DNA of 64,000 nucleotides, from positions 1,984,001-2,048,000 of the forward strand of contig OZ001293.3 of the NCBI GenBank assembly GCA_963921275.4, read 5' to 3'. Origin of the DNA: an uncultured Hormoscilla sp. (GTDB lineage Bacteria > Cyanobacteriota > Cyanobacteriia > Cyanobacteriales > Desertifilaceae). Below, one piece after another: positions 23,010 through 35,225 of this stretch. How positions within the stretch are numbered: position 1 is the first letter of the stretch; each line of letters begins with the position of its first letter. A program made the translations under genes and the position numbers. The notes beneath the pieces are model-generated. The model had not been told where the DNA came from, made no database searches, and saw only the letters and a list, made by a program, of their open reading frames with translations.

Positions 23010-23180
23010 CAGAGCCTCTAGAGGTGCGTTCCCTGCCGGAGTCAGGGAACGAGGACAAATGCTTTTGTCTGGTTCGGAGGCTCTGCCTTGGAACCCTCTC
23101 GGGAACGAGGACAAATGCTTTTGTCTGGTTCGGAGGCTCTGCCTTGGAACCCTCTCGGGAGGCAGAGCCTCCCGAGCGCT
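23007..23180. repeat. REP/REPIN cluster next to RAYT
   Basis: GGCAGAGCCTC, GGTTCGGAGGCTCTGCCTTGGAACC and AGTCAGGGAACGAG units, including a tandem repeat of about 56 bp. Related units at about 2419, 16825, 17820, 19350-19455, 20555-20675, 25400-25540, 36668, 37853 and 43040. Confidence 0.75.
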
Positions 23181-23190
23181 TTAACAAAGC

Positions 23191-23724
23191 TTAAGCGTCG
23201 ATTAAGTCTATTTCCAGCAATGCCTCTCCACCGAAGTAATTACGGTAACTAGAGTAGCGCCAATGAGCTGGCTCGTCAATATAGCCTCGCTTAACGGGAT
23301 TATTGTGAATGTACTCCAGTTTTTGCCTGAACATCTCTTCACTTAAGATAGCTTGGGGGTGAAAGCTTTCCTGCCAAAGCTGATATTTTTGATGTTTTTT
23401 ATAAGCAGGTTTTGAGGATTTGAGGAGATTCAAAATATGGTAGCTTTTGTTTTCTATAAGCCAGTCAATAATTGACCGATCTGTAAATGATTTGAAGTTA
23501 CCAATTTCTTTAGATAGGTTATCAGCTTCCGCAATCAAGTGCAGATGATTCTCCATGATTACATAGCCGTACAAGGCTAAACGCTGCTGACGAAGCATAA
23601 ATTTCAGGGAGTCGATAATTATCTGAGCTAATTCCGGTTTGCTGAAGATGGGAATCCAGTTAACTATAGTGCAGGTGAGAAAGTGAGGCTGATTTTCCAG
23701 TACGCGGTAGCGTGAACGTCCCAT
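23191..23724 (-). CDS. REP-associated tyrosine transposase (RAYT, Y1 HUH)
   Basis: HFLTCT, YVIMENHLHLI (HUH), LWQESFH, KLEYIHNNPVKRG, WRYSSY; flanked by REPs. Confidence 0.9.
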   Translation of the reverse strand: MGRSRYRVLENQPHFLTCTIVNWIPIFSKPELAQIIIDSLKFMLRQQRLALYGYVIMENHLHLIAEADNLSKEIGNFKSFTDRSIIDWLIENKSYHILNLLKSSKPAYKKHQKYQLWQESFHPQAILSEEMFRQKLEYIHNNPVKRGYIDEPAHWRYSSYRNYFGGEALLEIDLIDA

Positions 23725-23829
23725 TGCGATTTATTATACTGCGAACGGTTAGGAACTGCGCTTATTCTAGCAGCCAATATGTCATTGCGAGGGGGGGAGG
23801 ATAATTTTCCGATACCCTGGTTCCGAGGC

Positions 23830-25400
23830 CTTGTCATTACCCACATTTTTTCAAGTAATCTTTGTGGCAAGCTCTACACCTATGCACAAGTCTTGGAACC
23901 TCCGCCAGCCCCGCCGTCTGCCAGCCAGGGTTACCATCTCCAGAACGACCAATGAAACCACCTTTCGCGAACGATACTTTTCCAAAATTCTGCGGTTGTC
24001 AAATTATCATCGGGTAAATTGAGATGCGCTACTAACACTTTTAAGCACTTGATGGGAATCAACTTAGAAGCTGGAAGTTCTGGAGTAGTACGGCGCTCGA
24101 TTACGTAATTGCAACAACCGCTCCTGATACAATTGCCAAAAATCCCAATAATGCTAATAACCCTGATGCTGTCTCTAGCTGCCGTTTCTCTATGGCACAA
24201 CCAGTCTTCATGCATTTGTGATATTCGCACAATTTTCCAACTATACCAGTCTAATTGTTGTAAAGCATCCTCCGCATCTTGCACCTTCACAGTTGTAAAT
24301 AAAATCCATTCTAATCCATCATCAACTCCCGCTTCCCAACAACGAATGCACCATCCTGAGATGGTTTCTTCTTTTGAATAAGGACTGTCTAATGGTGGGT
24401 GAATGGTCAGCCCAAGCCACTTCCAACTTGACTGTACGTTGGGGTTCTCCATTACGACCACGTAACACCATCGTTTTATAAGTCATGCTCTCCAGAGTGC
24501 GCATAGGTTTTAAGGTTACTTTTAGTCCCCGAGGCCGTTGTCATTACTCGATGAAGACAAATTCTCACCAAGCCATGCCACCCTAAAGCTTGTGAAGGTT
24601 TAATGTCATCGAATACATCACTCTCTCTATCCCCAACACTCACCCATAACGACCCTGTTGTTGATAACGGAGTCCTACCTATTGACTCCACCATTTCCGC
24701 CCATTTGTCTCCTTCTGTACGAACATTTTCCTTTTTTCGTTGGCGATAGGTTTTTTTCTCTTTTTTTGGCTCTAGACCCATCCAAGTCTCCTGACCTGCT
24801 AGACCTAATATTTCTGGGTTGTCTGGTTTTGGGATAACTGCTAGACTACTATGTACCATTATTCCTCTACCTTTACCATTTCCAATATATCCTATGCCTT
24901 TTATGTCTTGACGCTGACTATAATCTAATTCCGTAGTATCTTGCAGAAACAACACTACTGATGAATCACTTTCTCTAGCCCTCTCAATGGTCTTTTCCCA
25001 ATGAGGTTTACTTAACATGAGTCACATCAGAAGAATTTAACAATCGGTAAGCTGCTATAGCTTGACTCCATTGAGTCATTTGTTCAGGCCTACTGGCTGT
25101 TGGATTAGCTGCCATTGCCGCTCCCACTTTAATAGCTCTTTGTGTGCGACGGCTATCTCCCAAATCACAGGTTGACCATTGGGAAGTGGCCCATTTATTA
25201 ATGTCTATTAACTTCTGCTGGTTCATCATGTGTGATTTTTACTACAATTATTGCCTTGGGTGTGCGGAGACCGGTATACTACCGCAGTATAACGGGGAAG
25301 TGAATCACCTATCACTGGCAGTATCAAGTTCCAGGCGATGTCCCACGTATGTGGGTGAAAACTACCCTATTTCCTAACACAAAATGTGGGTAATGACAAG
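23830..25400 (-). mobile_element. IS4-family (IS50/Tn5-like) element with a frameshifted transposase
   Basis: 20-bp inverted repeats CTTGTCATTACCCACATTTT / AAAATGTGGGTAATGACAAG; CDLGDSRRTQR, LQDTTELDY, VGDRESD, LEWILFTT. A solo end occurs at about 47442-47467. Confidence 0.9.
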
Positions 25401-25552
25401 GGTTCCTTCGAGGCGATGCCTTGGAACCCCCCTCCGAGGCTCTGCCTCCAGTAGACTCAGCGAGCGCGACAGTGGAGGCAGAGCCTCTAGAGGCCCGTTC
25501 CCTGCCGGAGTCAGGGAACGAGGTTTTCTGGAGGCTCTGCCTCACTACATTG

Positions 25553-27957
25553 TCAAGGTAAAATTCGCAACTTCAGGCGAACATTTCCACTGACAGACTG
25601 AGGCGCATTCCAGATAGCTAGCGTTTGCCGGATCTCATCCAGCACCGCTTTTGCTTGCAGCGTCGAGACTGTATCATCTAAGATGATTCGCCCCACTCGC
25701 CCATTACTCACGCGAAACTCAAAGACAATTTCCCCACTCACCCAGATGGCAGATCCACCCATCCTAATTCTCGGGTGAGAGAGTCACGCGCCCCTGCATC
25801 CAATCCCGAGGCACTAATCACTTCAATGCGATGATTTTCTGGTGCTAACTCATCTTCAGACTCAAATTGAGCAGATTGCGCCAAAGGCCCTGGTGCAGCA
25901 ACTCTAGCGCTGGTCATTCCCCTGGTAGCACCCCTCGCTGGTGGGCTAGAAGGAAGCTGTCCGCCAACTTGATTTCCTCTTGCCCCCGTGCCATAAATTC
26001 CTTCATAACTGACACCTTCAGGTAACTCCACGGGCACTTTTACCCGCTGCCTGGTGCGATCGGGATTAACTCGCACCTCCTCGCTGACTGCCACAAAAGC
26101 CGTGTAAGGTGATAATAACCGATAGGCTAAAGCTGTTTTCGTCACTGCCGCCACACCAGTTTTGGTCTCGCCGCCAAACATCTGATTCATCAATTCCTTG
26201 ATTCTGGCCCGACCCCATAGCTGAGAGATCGCCTGGTTGTCCCCATTAAAATTCACGCCGATAACTCGATCGTATCTTCTGCCCCCAGCTGTCATACCTG
26301 TAATCCGCAGATTCCCATTAGCCCGATCGCCTTTCCGGCCCAAGATTACCAAAGGCTGTTCGGCAAACAAATCCGGTACCGCTGCCGGATATATTTCCGG
26401 TTGCACCCCGCTTCCTTCCCAACTAATTTGAATATTTGTCAACACGGGATTATTAATTTTGCGGGAAAACTCTGCTGCCACTTCCTGAGTCGGTTCGTCC
26501 TGACGAATCACTTGGGATGTGCCCCTGCCCACTTCCGCCAGGCTATTTAATAAAAAGCGATTCACCGAACTTCCCACCCCAAAGCTATAAAGGCGATTTC
26601 CCGGTTTCAGTCCCTGCTTTACCTGGGTAAGGATCTCATTTTCATTGCCAATATAACCATCCGTTAGCAACAGGATACTCCGCAACCTTCCCGCTGGCGC
26701 CGCTGGTAAATTCAGCACTGCATTAATGCCATTAATTAACTCCGTACCCCCCTTCGCCTTCAGTTGGTTAATATATTCCAGGGCCTGGGCGCGATTTGCT
26801 GGTGTATTCGCCAAGGGGACGGCAGACAATGCCGTAGTCGTATTGGCAAAATCTATAATTGTGAAAGTATCGTCGGCATTCAATTCTTCGATAAACCGGC
26901 GCATCAGTTCCTGGCATTTCCCTAAGGGATCTCCCCGTTGGGAACCGGATGTATCGATCAGGAACACCACATCTTTGGGGACAATTTCTTTGCGCCCATA
27001 GGAGATCGCTGGAATCAGGTAAACTGCAAAATGGCCGCCTTGTTTATCTGCTTGGGTGAGGACTGTTGCTTGAGTATTTTCCCTTGCTACCCGATAGCGC
27101 AGTATCAAATCTTTATTGGGAATTCTGTCTGTTTTTGCCAACTGCACCCGCAGAGTTTCCCCCTGGCGCTGAGTTATAATTTTATGGGAGGGAGAAACGA
27201 CATCATTAATTGGCACCCCCGCATCAATTTCTACTGTTACATTAATATCATGCCCAGATCGGGTGCCTGGTTTCAGCACTGGCACATTAATCCGGGAACC
27301 ATCTGGGACTCGATCTGTATCCCCGACACTGCCGGAGATATGAGCGCCGGGAATATAGCGGGGACCGACTACCATCGGAAACACAAACTCGTAATCCCCT
27401 GCGGCAAATTTGAGATTTTCTGTGTAACTAATTGTTACCTCAATTTCCTCTCCGGGCTTGATATTTGCCAGGGATTGGGTGAAAATATTATCCCGTTCTT
27501 GCTCTAACAGTCCCGCTGTCCGTCCTTCTTCCCGGGCACGTTCGTAGATTTCCTGGGCCTCGTCCCGTTTTTTGATCTCCCCGGAGATCCGGAGATCGCC
27601 TATTTTAATCTCCATATCATGCACCGCTGCTGTATTGGGCAACGGGAAGACATAAACCGCCTCTAAGGCCGTAGTAAAATGATTAGCAAACCGCTGCGTC
27701 ACCTCCACTTGGGAGACATTTCCAGCTACTTTGGCCTTTACCTGGGTATGCTTCAGGGGAAACACCTGTTGATTTTGCTCTTGTGATGGGATAAACAGCC
27801 CACCCACTGGCCGTTCTGCATCCGAGGTCGTTGCCTTCGTCATCTGCGCGATCTCCTGTTGCGATCGGGGTGGCGCTTGGGCCATACTGAAATGAGTAAT
27901 CGTTCCTAATGTCGCCGCGATCGATAGGGTTGCGGGCAGAATCATTCTCAATTTCAT
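25553..27957 (-). CDS. Secreted VIT + vWA domain protein with a short C-terminal domain (frameshift near 25760)
   Basis: Signal peptide, VIT (EAVYVFPLP, AGLLEQERDNIF), vWA MIDAS (FLIDTSGS, GGTEL, LLTDG); the C-terminus continues in ORF 25553-25762. Confidence 0.85.
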
Positions 27958-28621
27958 CGTTCTTCTCTTGTTCTCAAATGATATCCCATGCCCAACCTCC
28001 CTATATTACACTTTTCCTCTGCACCTATATCCGATCGGGGGTGGGCTGTTCCTCTATCTAGTTTAGCCTATCTTGAGAGCAACTGACTAAATCGCCCCCA
28101 AAAATCTCCTCAGCTATCGCCCATTTAAATTGCATAAAGAGAAAAAAAGCTGTCGCCGGTACATGGTTTCACTCTCTTGCTCCCCAACTTCCTCAATTTA
28201 TGCTATAAGATAGATGTTCGAGCGGGCAACCAGAGAGTAGAGATATGAGAAATCCTGGGCTGATGTTATTTCTGGTCTTGATAGCGATGTGTCTTTTGCC
28301 ATTGACAGTCGGAAACTCTCTTCCACAGCAGGCTGAACCAGCATCGAGGAACGCCGCACCACCTCCCGCGCCAACACTAGAGGAGGTAAAGCTAAGGGAT
28401 TTCCGGCGTTGTTAGAGCGACTAAACGAAGCGGCAGAACGGCAAAAGCCAGCGGCGGCAGGCGGCCTCGGCAACCTCACCAGCGGCTTTCGACCGTCCGC
28501 TGCCGTGACCTGTTGGGCTGCTGACTGGGCAAGATCCTGTCATGGATAGCAAGAAACGGGTGGCATTGAACCACTGCTATCGATACATTGAGAGGTGATC
28601 GATTGACAATGAGCTGACAGC

Positions 28622-29503
28622 ATGAAAACCTTGATAGAAGCCGCAGCTGACGATAGCGAAACCTATGAACGCATTGCCAAAGCGATCGCTTTCATGGGTC
28701 AAAATTATTTGAACCAGCCTGACTTGGAGACTATGGCTCAGCACGTACATCTGAGCAAGTATCACTTTCAGCGATTGTTTACGAAATGGGCTGGTATTAG
28801 TCCTAAGCGTTTTTGGCAATACCTCACGGTTGAATATGCCAAGTCAAAAATTACTGAAGCTAAAAGCCTTTTAGAGCTGACTATGGATGCTGGTTTATCA
28901 AGTCCAGGGCGGTTACATGACCTGTTTGTCAAGCTAGAAGCGATGTCCCCTGGTGAATTTAAGGCAGGAGGCGCGGGGTTGCAGATTTTGTATGGAGTTC
29001 ATGAAACTCCTTTTGGCTATTGCCTGATTGCCACAACAGCCCGTGGCATCTGTAATCTGCATTTCCTGAACGCAATAGACGAACAAGCGGCTGAATATCA
29101 TCTCCGTACAGAATGGGAAAATGCTGAAATTATCTACAATCAGCAGGCAACCAGGGAAATCAGCGATCGCATCTTCCAGCCAGTTGCAGCTAATATTTCT
29201 CCCTTGGTTCTCTATGTTAAAGGAACTAACTTTCAGATTCAAGTTTGGCGCGCGCTTTTGAGAGTTCCGTTTGCAGGCATCACCACCTATAAAGGGTTGA
29301 CAGAATCAATGGGTTATCCAACTGCTGCTAGAGCTTTAGGTAAGGCACTAAGCAATAATCCAGTTGGGTACTTAATCCCGTGTCATCGGGTGATTCGAGA
29401 ATCAGGTGAGTTGGGCGGTTATCGGTGGGGACTAGAACGTAAAGCTGCTCTTCTGGGTTGGGAAGCCAGTCGAAATCAGAATCTAGGAAAGGATCGATCG
29501 TGA
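28622..29503 (+). CDS. Ada-like AraC-HTH / methylated-DNA-protein-cysteine methyltransferase
   Basis: LSKYHFQRLFTKWAGISPK, GTNFQIQVW, active site LIPCHRV. Confidence 0.9.
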   Translation: MKTLIEAAADDSETYERIAKAIAFMGQNYLNQPDLETMAQHVHLSKYHFQRLFTKWAGISPKRFWQYLTVEYAKSKITEAKSLLELTMDAGLSSPGRLHDLFVKLEAMSPGEFKAGGAGLQILYGVHETPFGYCLIATTARGICNLHFLNAIDEQAAEYHLRTEWENAEIIYNQQATREISDRIFQPVAANISPLVLYVKGTNFQIQVWRALLRVPFAGITTYKGLTESMGYPTAARALGKALSNNPVGYLIPCHRVIRESGELGGYRWGLERKAALLGWEASRNQNLGKDRS

Positions 29504-30355
29504 GAATCTTAGATATCGCTGAAATTTTGCTACTTGCAGCATTGTGGGGTGGATCGCAATACTTCAAGGTTTTGGATTTTATTTGTCATTGCGAGGGGGG
29601 GCTGTGTTCCTCGAGGACATCGTATTCGCACTACGTAGAGCACATCGCGGAGACATCGAAATTTAATTCCACTCGTTGTTGTTGGCTGTATTAATTCTGC
29701 CGTTCCATTTTCACTCCTTGCTTTTGCGTCTGTATCACTACCTGCGGGGTTGACATCTATTTTGAATGCCACAGCACCTCTATTTGGCACCATTATTGCT
29801 TCCGTTTGGCTGAAGGAGAAATTAACCGCCACTCGAATGATTGGCTTCGTTTTGGGATTCACAGGTGTGGTGATTTTGGTTGGATGGAAAGTAATTGCAG
29901 CTACACCTACTTTCTTCCTGGCAGTATCGGCTGGATTATTTGCAGCCTTGATGTATGCGATCACCGCCCCTTATATCAAACAAAATCTAGTAGGTGTTCC
30001 TTCATTAGTCGTCACAACTGTAAGTCAGCTCAGTGCAGCATTCTTACTCTTACCTGCGCTACCGTTTACAGTACCTCAACACACACCGCCCATTGCTGTA
30101 GTGGTGGCGGTGTTTGCTCTGGCTATGCTATCAACAGCCTTTGCCTATATTCTCTATTTCAGACTGATTCAAAAAGTTGGCTCAACTAAAGCCTTAACTG
30201 TCACTTATCTCATTCCCCTATTTGCGATGCTCTGGGGGGCGATCGTACTGAAAGAAGCTGTAACTGTGTCAATGATGTTGGGCTGTGGTTTGGTTTTGTT
30301 GGGTACTGCGATCGCAAACGATATACCCCTAGAGTATCCGTCAAGTAGAAGCTAG
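29500..30355 (+). pseudogene. DMT/EamA transporter with the 5' part disrupted
   Basis: MRILDIAEILLLAALWGGS, then about 100 bp of MITE-end/REP/hairpin sequence (29557-29661), then VGCINSAVPFSL...TSILNATAPLF...STAFAYILYF. Confidence 0.85.
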
Positions 30356-30631
30356 AAACCAGGTTTCTTGCCCAGCTATCAACGAGATATCAATGCTCTC
30401 ATGCCTCGAAACCCGGTTTCTTGACCGACGTTCTAGGAAAGCTACACGCTGCGCTGCAAACCAAAAATTTAATTTGCCGATGCCTTCGGAACCACAAGCG
30501 CTAGTTCAGAATGGCGAAGCGCTCCGGCGTCGCGCCGCTGGGCGATGGGATGGTGTATTCTCGGTAAAGTTCATGTAAAATGGGTGACCAGACCATGAAC
30601 AATTACAGACAACCCTATTGCTAGTTAACCT

Positions 30632-30735
30632 GGCTACCAACGTAAAGCGGGACAAATTTTCCAACCGCGAGCGGCAGAAACCCCTGTGGGCTGGAAGCCT
30701 TGCCTCATGGGCTGTCCCGGCTTAAGTTGGTGGCC
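30632..30735. mobile_element. 104-bp MITE
   Basis: Inverted repeats GGCTACCAACGTAAAGCGGGACA / TGTCCCGGCTTAAGTTGGTGGCC; 8-bp TSD GTTAACCT. Confidence 0.85.
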
Positions 30736-30755
30736 GTTAACCTAGACAAGAACTG

Positions 30756-32444
30756 TCATGAGTTCTTCGGCTTAATTCCCGCGGGGAGAGTGCGACTGAC
30801 CTTAGCTGGGCAGACTACCCGATCGCCCGACTTATATCCCACGAACCGGACATAAACCATCTCTCCTTCCTGGATATCATCAGTATCCGCCTCATGCAAG
30901 TTCCGATTATAAGGAACCTGTTCCCAAACGGAAGCGATCGGTTCATAACCCCAATTCTCCAGCATGTTCTCTAAGGGCGTGAACAGCTTCATCATATTCT
31001 TTGCTGGCAAATCGGGCTTCGTTTCGGCAATTTGGCGGGCGCTGGGGTACTTAGTCAGCAAAGCTTGCAATTCCGCGAAAGTCGAGTCGCGAAAATCGGC
31101 ATTTAGCTGACTTGGTTGCTGTTGCAATTGGGATTGCAGTCGCTGACATTGTTGCTGGAACTCAATCATTTCTGCCGTTTGCTGCTGCAATTGCCAGCGC
31201 AGTTGTTCCCATGCTTGCTGCAACTCGGTTATTTCTGCCGTTTTCTCACTTTCCATCTGCTCTAATTGCTGACGCAGTTGCTCCCGTTCTTGCTGTAGAC
31301 CGGATATTTCCCCTGTTTTCTCACTATCTAGTTGCTGCAATTGTGATATTGCCGCTGTTTTCTCACTATCTAGTTGCTCTAATTGTGAGCGCAGTTGCTC
31401 CCGTTCTTGCTGTAGACCGGATATTGCCGCTGTTTTCTCACTATCTAGTTGCTGCAATTGTGATATTGCCGCTGTTTTCTCACTATCTAGTTGCTCTAAT
31501 TGTGAGCGCAGTTGCTCCCGTTCTTGCTGTAGACCGGATATTGCCGCTGTTTTCTCACTATCTAGTTGCTGCAATTGTGATATTGCCGCTGTTTTCTCAC
31601 TATCTAGTTGCTCTAATTGTGAGCATTGTGAGCGAAGTTGTTCCCGTTCTTGCTGGAACTCCGCCAGGGTCGCCTGCTTCTCTGTTTCCAGTTGCTGCAA
31701 TTGCGATTGCAGTTGTTCCCGTTCTTGCTGGAACTCCGCCAGGATCGCCCTTTTCTCACTTTCCAGTTGCTGCAATTGCGATTGCAATCCTTGGCGTTCT
31801 TGCTGCAATTGTGATACTTCTGTCGTTTTCTCACTATCCAATTGCTGTAACTGCGAGCGCAGTTGCTCCCGTTCTTGCTGGAACTCCGCCAGGGTCGCCC
31901 TTTTCTCACTTTCCAGCTGCTGCAATTGCGAGCGCAGTCCCTGGCCTTCTTGCTGCAATTGTGATATTGCCGCTGTTTTCTCGCTTTCCAGCTGCTGCAA
32001 TTTCTGCTGCAGTTGCTCCCGTTCTTGCTGCAATTGCGATACTTCCGTCGTTTTTCGATCTGACAGCTGCTGCAATTGCGATATTGCCGTTGACAGAGAT
32101 TTTACCTGCTCGTCATCTGTTGAGGCAAAACCCAAACTGGATCTTAATTCTGCTGGCGTCCAATTGAGAGTAGAAGCCAACCGATTCACTTCGGAAAAGG
32201 TCAGCTTTTCCAGAGAACCGCGACGGGCCTCCAACAGGCGTGGGGTACTTAACCCTGTTTTTTTCCGCAACTCCTTCCAGTTAGCAATACCTAACTCATT
32301 AAGGCGATCGCGTAGCAATGAGTCATGAGGGAGTTCCACCCTCTCTTCAGCATCTGTGTCAGCACCGGAAATTTTTGCGATCAGCAAAACGCTTGCCAAC
32401 AACAGCAACCAACCAAACCCGAATAGATTGGGCGAATGGACCAT
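30756..32444 (-). CDS. Protein with N-terminal hydrophobic segment, HTH-like region, long repetitive coiled coil and GrpE-like C-terminus
   Basis: C-terminal WGYEPIASVWEQVPYN...H...GEMVYVRFVGY...PAKVSR; internal Q/E-rich tandem repeats. Confidence 0.7.
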   Translation of the reverse strand: MVHSPNLFGFGWLLLLASVLLIAKISGADTDAEERVELPHDSLLRDRLNELGIANWKELRKKTGLSTPRLLEARRGSLEKLTFSEVNRLASTLNWTPAELRSSLGFASTDDEQVKSLSTAISQLQQLSDRKTTEVSQLQQEREQLQQKLQQLESEKTAAISQLQQEGQGLRSQLQQLESEKRATLAEFQQEREQLRSQLQQLDSEKTTEVSQLQQERQGLQSQLQQLESEKRAILAEFQQEREQLQSQLQQLETEKQATLAEFQQEREQLRSQCSQLEQLDSEKTAAISQLQQLDSEKTAAISGLQQEREQLRSQLEQLDSEKTAAISQLQQLDSEKTAAISGLQQEREQLRSQLEQLDSEKTAAISQLQQLDSEKTGEISGLQQEREQLRQQLEQMESEKTAEITELQQAWEQLRWQLQQQTAEMIEFQQQCQRLQSQLQQQPSQLNADFRDSTFAELQALLTKYPSARQIAETKPDLPAKNMMKLFTPLENMLENWGYEPIASVWEQVPYNRNLHEADTDDIQEGEMVYVRFVGYKSGDRVVCPAKVSRTLPAGIKPKNS

Positions 32445-32612
32445 AATCTACCTCCTGACAATAATGATTGCTTTTCTTCCGTTGTTAAGATTTGTGAACC
32501 TTTCTAGTAGTCTTGCAACAGTAGGCCAGACCGCCATTTTGGTCATTTCAGCTGTGGTCTCCGTACAGAGCACTCTTTTTATATTCAGTCATAACCGATT
32601 TTTCGTCAATCA

Positions 32613-32866
32613 CTATTGCTGCTGGCCCCTGATGGCGTCCCCCGGGGGACGCCGCCGGTTCCTATAGATACTCAAACAAGTTGCTGTCTGGATCTTGCCC
32701 GATCTAGGAGGCTGTGCTATCCCGGTGTACGCGCAGGTCTGACTTATTTTCACGCCCTCACCCTGTAGCTGCTGATAGCAAGCTTCCATTTCAGCCCGAT
32801 CGCGTAACGCGATGCCAAAGTGCGGTCCTGTCTGGCCGTAACTCGGGCTTAACAGCGCTTTCATGT
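32613..32866 (-). pseudogene. VOC/glyoxalase-like fragment
   Basis: GPHFGIALRDRAEMEACYQQL..EGVKIS, with QDPDSNLFEYL in another frame; N-terminus missing. Confidence 0.55.
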
Positions 32867-32954
32867 AATAGCATTTTGATTTAATGATGATACAGTTAGT
32901 AGACACCTCTTGTATGCTAGTTGCCGATCCCCCCCAAACCCCCCCGTGGCAATT

Positions 32955-33236
32955 CTGTCCCTTACTCACATATTTCTTAACATTTAGGGGAGTGGGGGAG
33001 TGGGGAGTGGGGGAGAGTCAATTGGTCATGTATATAATTGTCTAAACAATTATATACATGACCAGCATTGATAGTGAAACCCTGATTGCTTCAAGGTAAG
33101 CTATTCTCAATAAATCGAGGTAATTTATCAAGAAATCGAGGGGCAAAAAAGTCAACAAGAAAGGGTCATCTAAACATCGAAACCCTTGCACCATAAGGCT
33201 TTCAAGATTGTTTGGGATTATGTGAGTAATAGTAAG
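32955..33236. mobile_element. 282-bp MITE with CT...AG ends (IS4-like)
   Basis: Inverted-repeat core TTACTCACATA / TATGTGAGTAA; 9-bp TSD GTGGCAATT. Confidence 0.8.
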
Positions 33237-33321
33237 GTGGCAATTGGGGGGGCAATCAGGCGCCCCCCTTATTAAGTAGGTGGACCGACTTATTTACACA
33301 TTACACAGATTACATAATATA

Positions 33322-34333
33322 ACTCAAGTTGCGACCTATAAAAATTGGATACAAAAAGCTATGATAAAGAGAATTATTTTCAACTCTAATCCCTTAGATG
33401 TAACAGCATGAATTGACTTGGGAAACAAATTGGTGATTCGACTAAAACAGGTTTCAACTTGTTTTCTTGTTACTTTTTGTATATATTCAAAACAAGAAGA
33501 TTCTTTTCTTTTTGAGTTCTTTTTTCGCAAAGGTTTTAACATTATACTTGACGACTCTTTTAGTAAATCCTCTAATTGATAATCATTATAAGCTTTATCT
33601 CCATAAACTATTGAATTTGATGGTAAGTCAAAGCCAAAAGATTGCAAAACTTTAACATCATTATAACTACCAGGATCTAGATAAAATTCTATTGGCTTTC
33701 CATTTTTGTTTACCAACATATGAACTCTTAATCCATAAAAATAACGTTTTTTACTGGCAATATACCCTCGATATTCTTCCTTGTTATAAATTTGGCATCT
33801 ATCAATCCTAATATTATCACATACTGGCACCGGGAAACTATCAAGAATATATTCTTGACCCGGATTGAGCTCTTTAAATGTTTGAGCTATAACTTGGAAG
33901 AAAAACATCCAAATTGGTTCCTCAATATTGTGTAATCGACGATTGAACCTACTTTTACTTAACAGATTTTTTATATACTTGTGTTGGACCATAAATTGAC
34001 AAGAGCGATCGTGGTGTCCTCCGAAAAAATATGCAGCAACTAATCCGACTGTCATCACTTCGGCATTGTTCATTTTTACTTGTGGATCTTCTTTTATATT
34101 TAACGCTTTTAGTAGCTCGTCACAAAGAACAAAAATTGTTGTAATCATATCTTCCATCATCTACATCCCCCAGCAATTAACTATTATTTTAGTACATTAT
34201 AACCTATAAACAGCCAACCCGCCGTCTAGCACAAAAAAAATATAATTTTGTATCAAAAGCTACGAAATATCCCAAATATCTGTAAAGTCTAAGTGGGTAA
34301 TTCATATTTTTTTTAATAGGTCGCAACTTAGGT
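33322..34333 (-). mobile_element. IS982-family element with intact transposase (33336-34160)
   Basis: Inverted repeats ACTCAAGTTGCGACCTAT / ATAGGTCGCAACTTAGGT; 7-bp TSD TAATATA; DSFPVPVC, YFYGLRVH, GDKAY, RKQVETCFS. Confidence 0.92.
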
Positions 34334-34599
34334 TAATATAGCCAGAGCAAGTAGATCGCCAGAAACTATGCAGATCGTTGAGCACAGGTCACAGGTCACC
34401 GGGCCCAGTCTAGCAGGGGCGGAGCAATGGCGATCGCCAGAGTACCAAGGGCGAGGGCGAGCAGCAGTTACAAAATTTCTCTGCCTAAGGCAAATTTGGC
34501 GAAATGCCGATATAATTGGATGTATCAGTCTGTATAGGGAGATCGTAGGGTAATTACTACGGAAATTCCTAGCTACCATATCTGTGTAAACATTCTCGG

Positions 34600-35225
34600 G
34601 AAAACCTCCCAATACCTCATGGGATAGATGTGGAAGATGCTTCTACTTCCGGTCTTAACGATACTGCCGAAACAGCCCAAAATTTGGGCCTTCTCAATGG
34701 CCCACCCTTCACGGTTTTTGGGCACATTGACGAGAACAATGCCGATGATATCGATATTTTTGAGTTTGTGCTCGGTGGTGATTCTTCCCAAACTGTCTTC
34801 TTTGACATTGACTTTGCTAACGATATTTTGACTCCAGACACCAATGATAATGATAGCTTGAATGCTATCGTAAGCGTTTTCGACTCTGATGGAGCGCTGA
34901 TTGGCAGTGATGATGATGTTGGTTTTACCCCAGATCCGGTTCGAGTCCAAATGGAAATTACGATCCGTTTCTAGAATTAGACCTGCTTCCAGATACATAC
35001 TTTGTCGCCGTAACTTCACACTCTAACTACAGCGGCGACAGGATTGACGACTTTGATGTAGATGGTCGGTCATCCGGTCAATACTGTTTACAAATCAGGA
35101 CTGGAGAAGGTTTCGACGCTCCGCCAAACGATTGTACTCAGGCCCAAGACGTTCCCGAACCTGCTGCCCTTCTCGGTCTGCTAGCCGTGGGCACCCTCGG
35201 TCTGACCTGGAAGCGTCGTCAGTAA
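34600..35225 (+). pseudogene. PEP-CTERM surface protein remnant with a PPC-like domain
   Basis: After a frameshift at about 34937 it reads GSSPNGNYDPFLELDL...TYFVAVT...QDVPEPAALLGLLAVGTLGLTWKRRQ*; no N-terminus found. Confidence 0.75.

Noticed and set aside
31112..32167. 351-aa hydrophobic ORF on the plus strand
   Set aside because: Antisense shadow of the repetitive coiled-coil gene.
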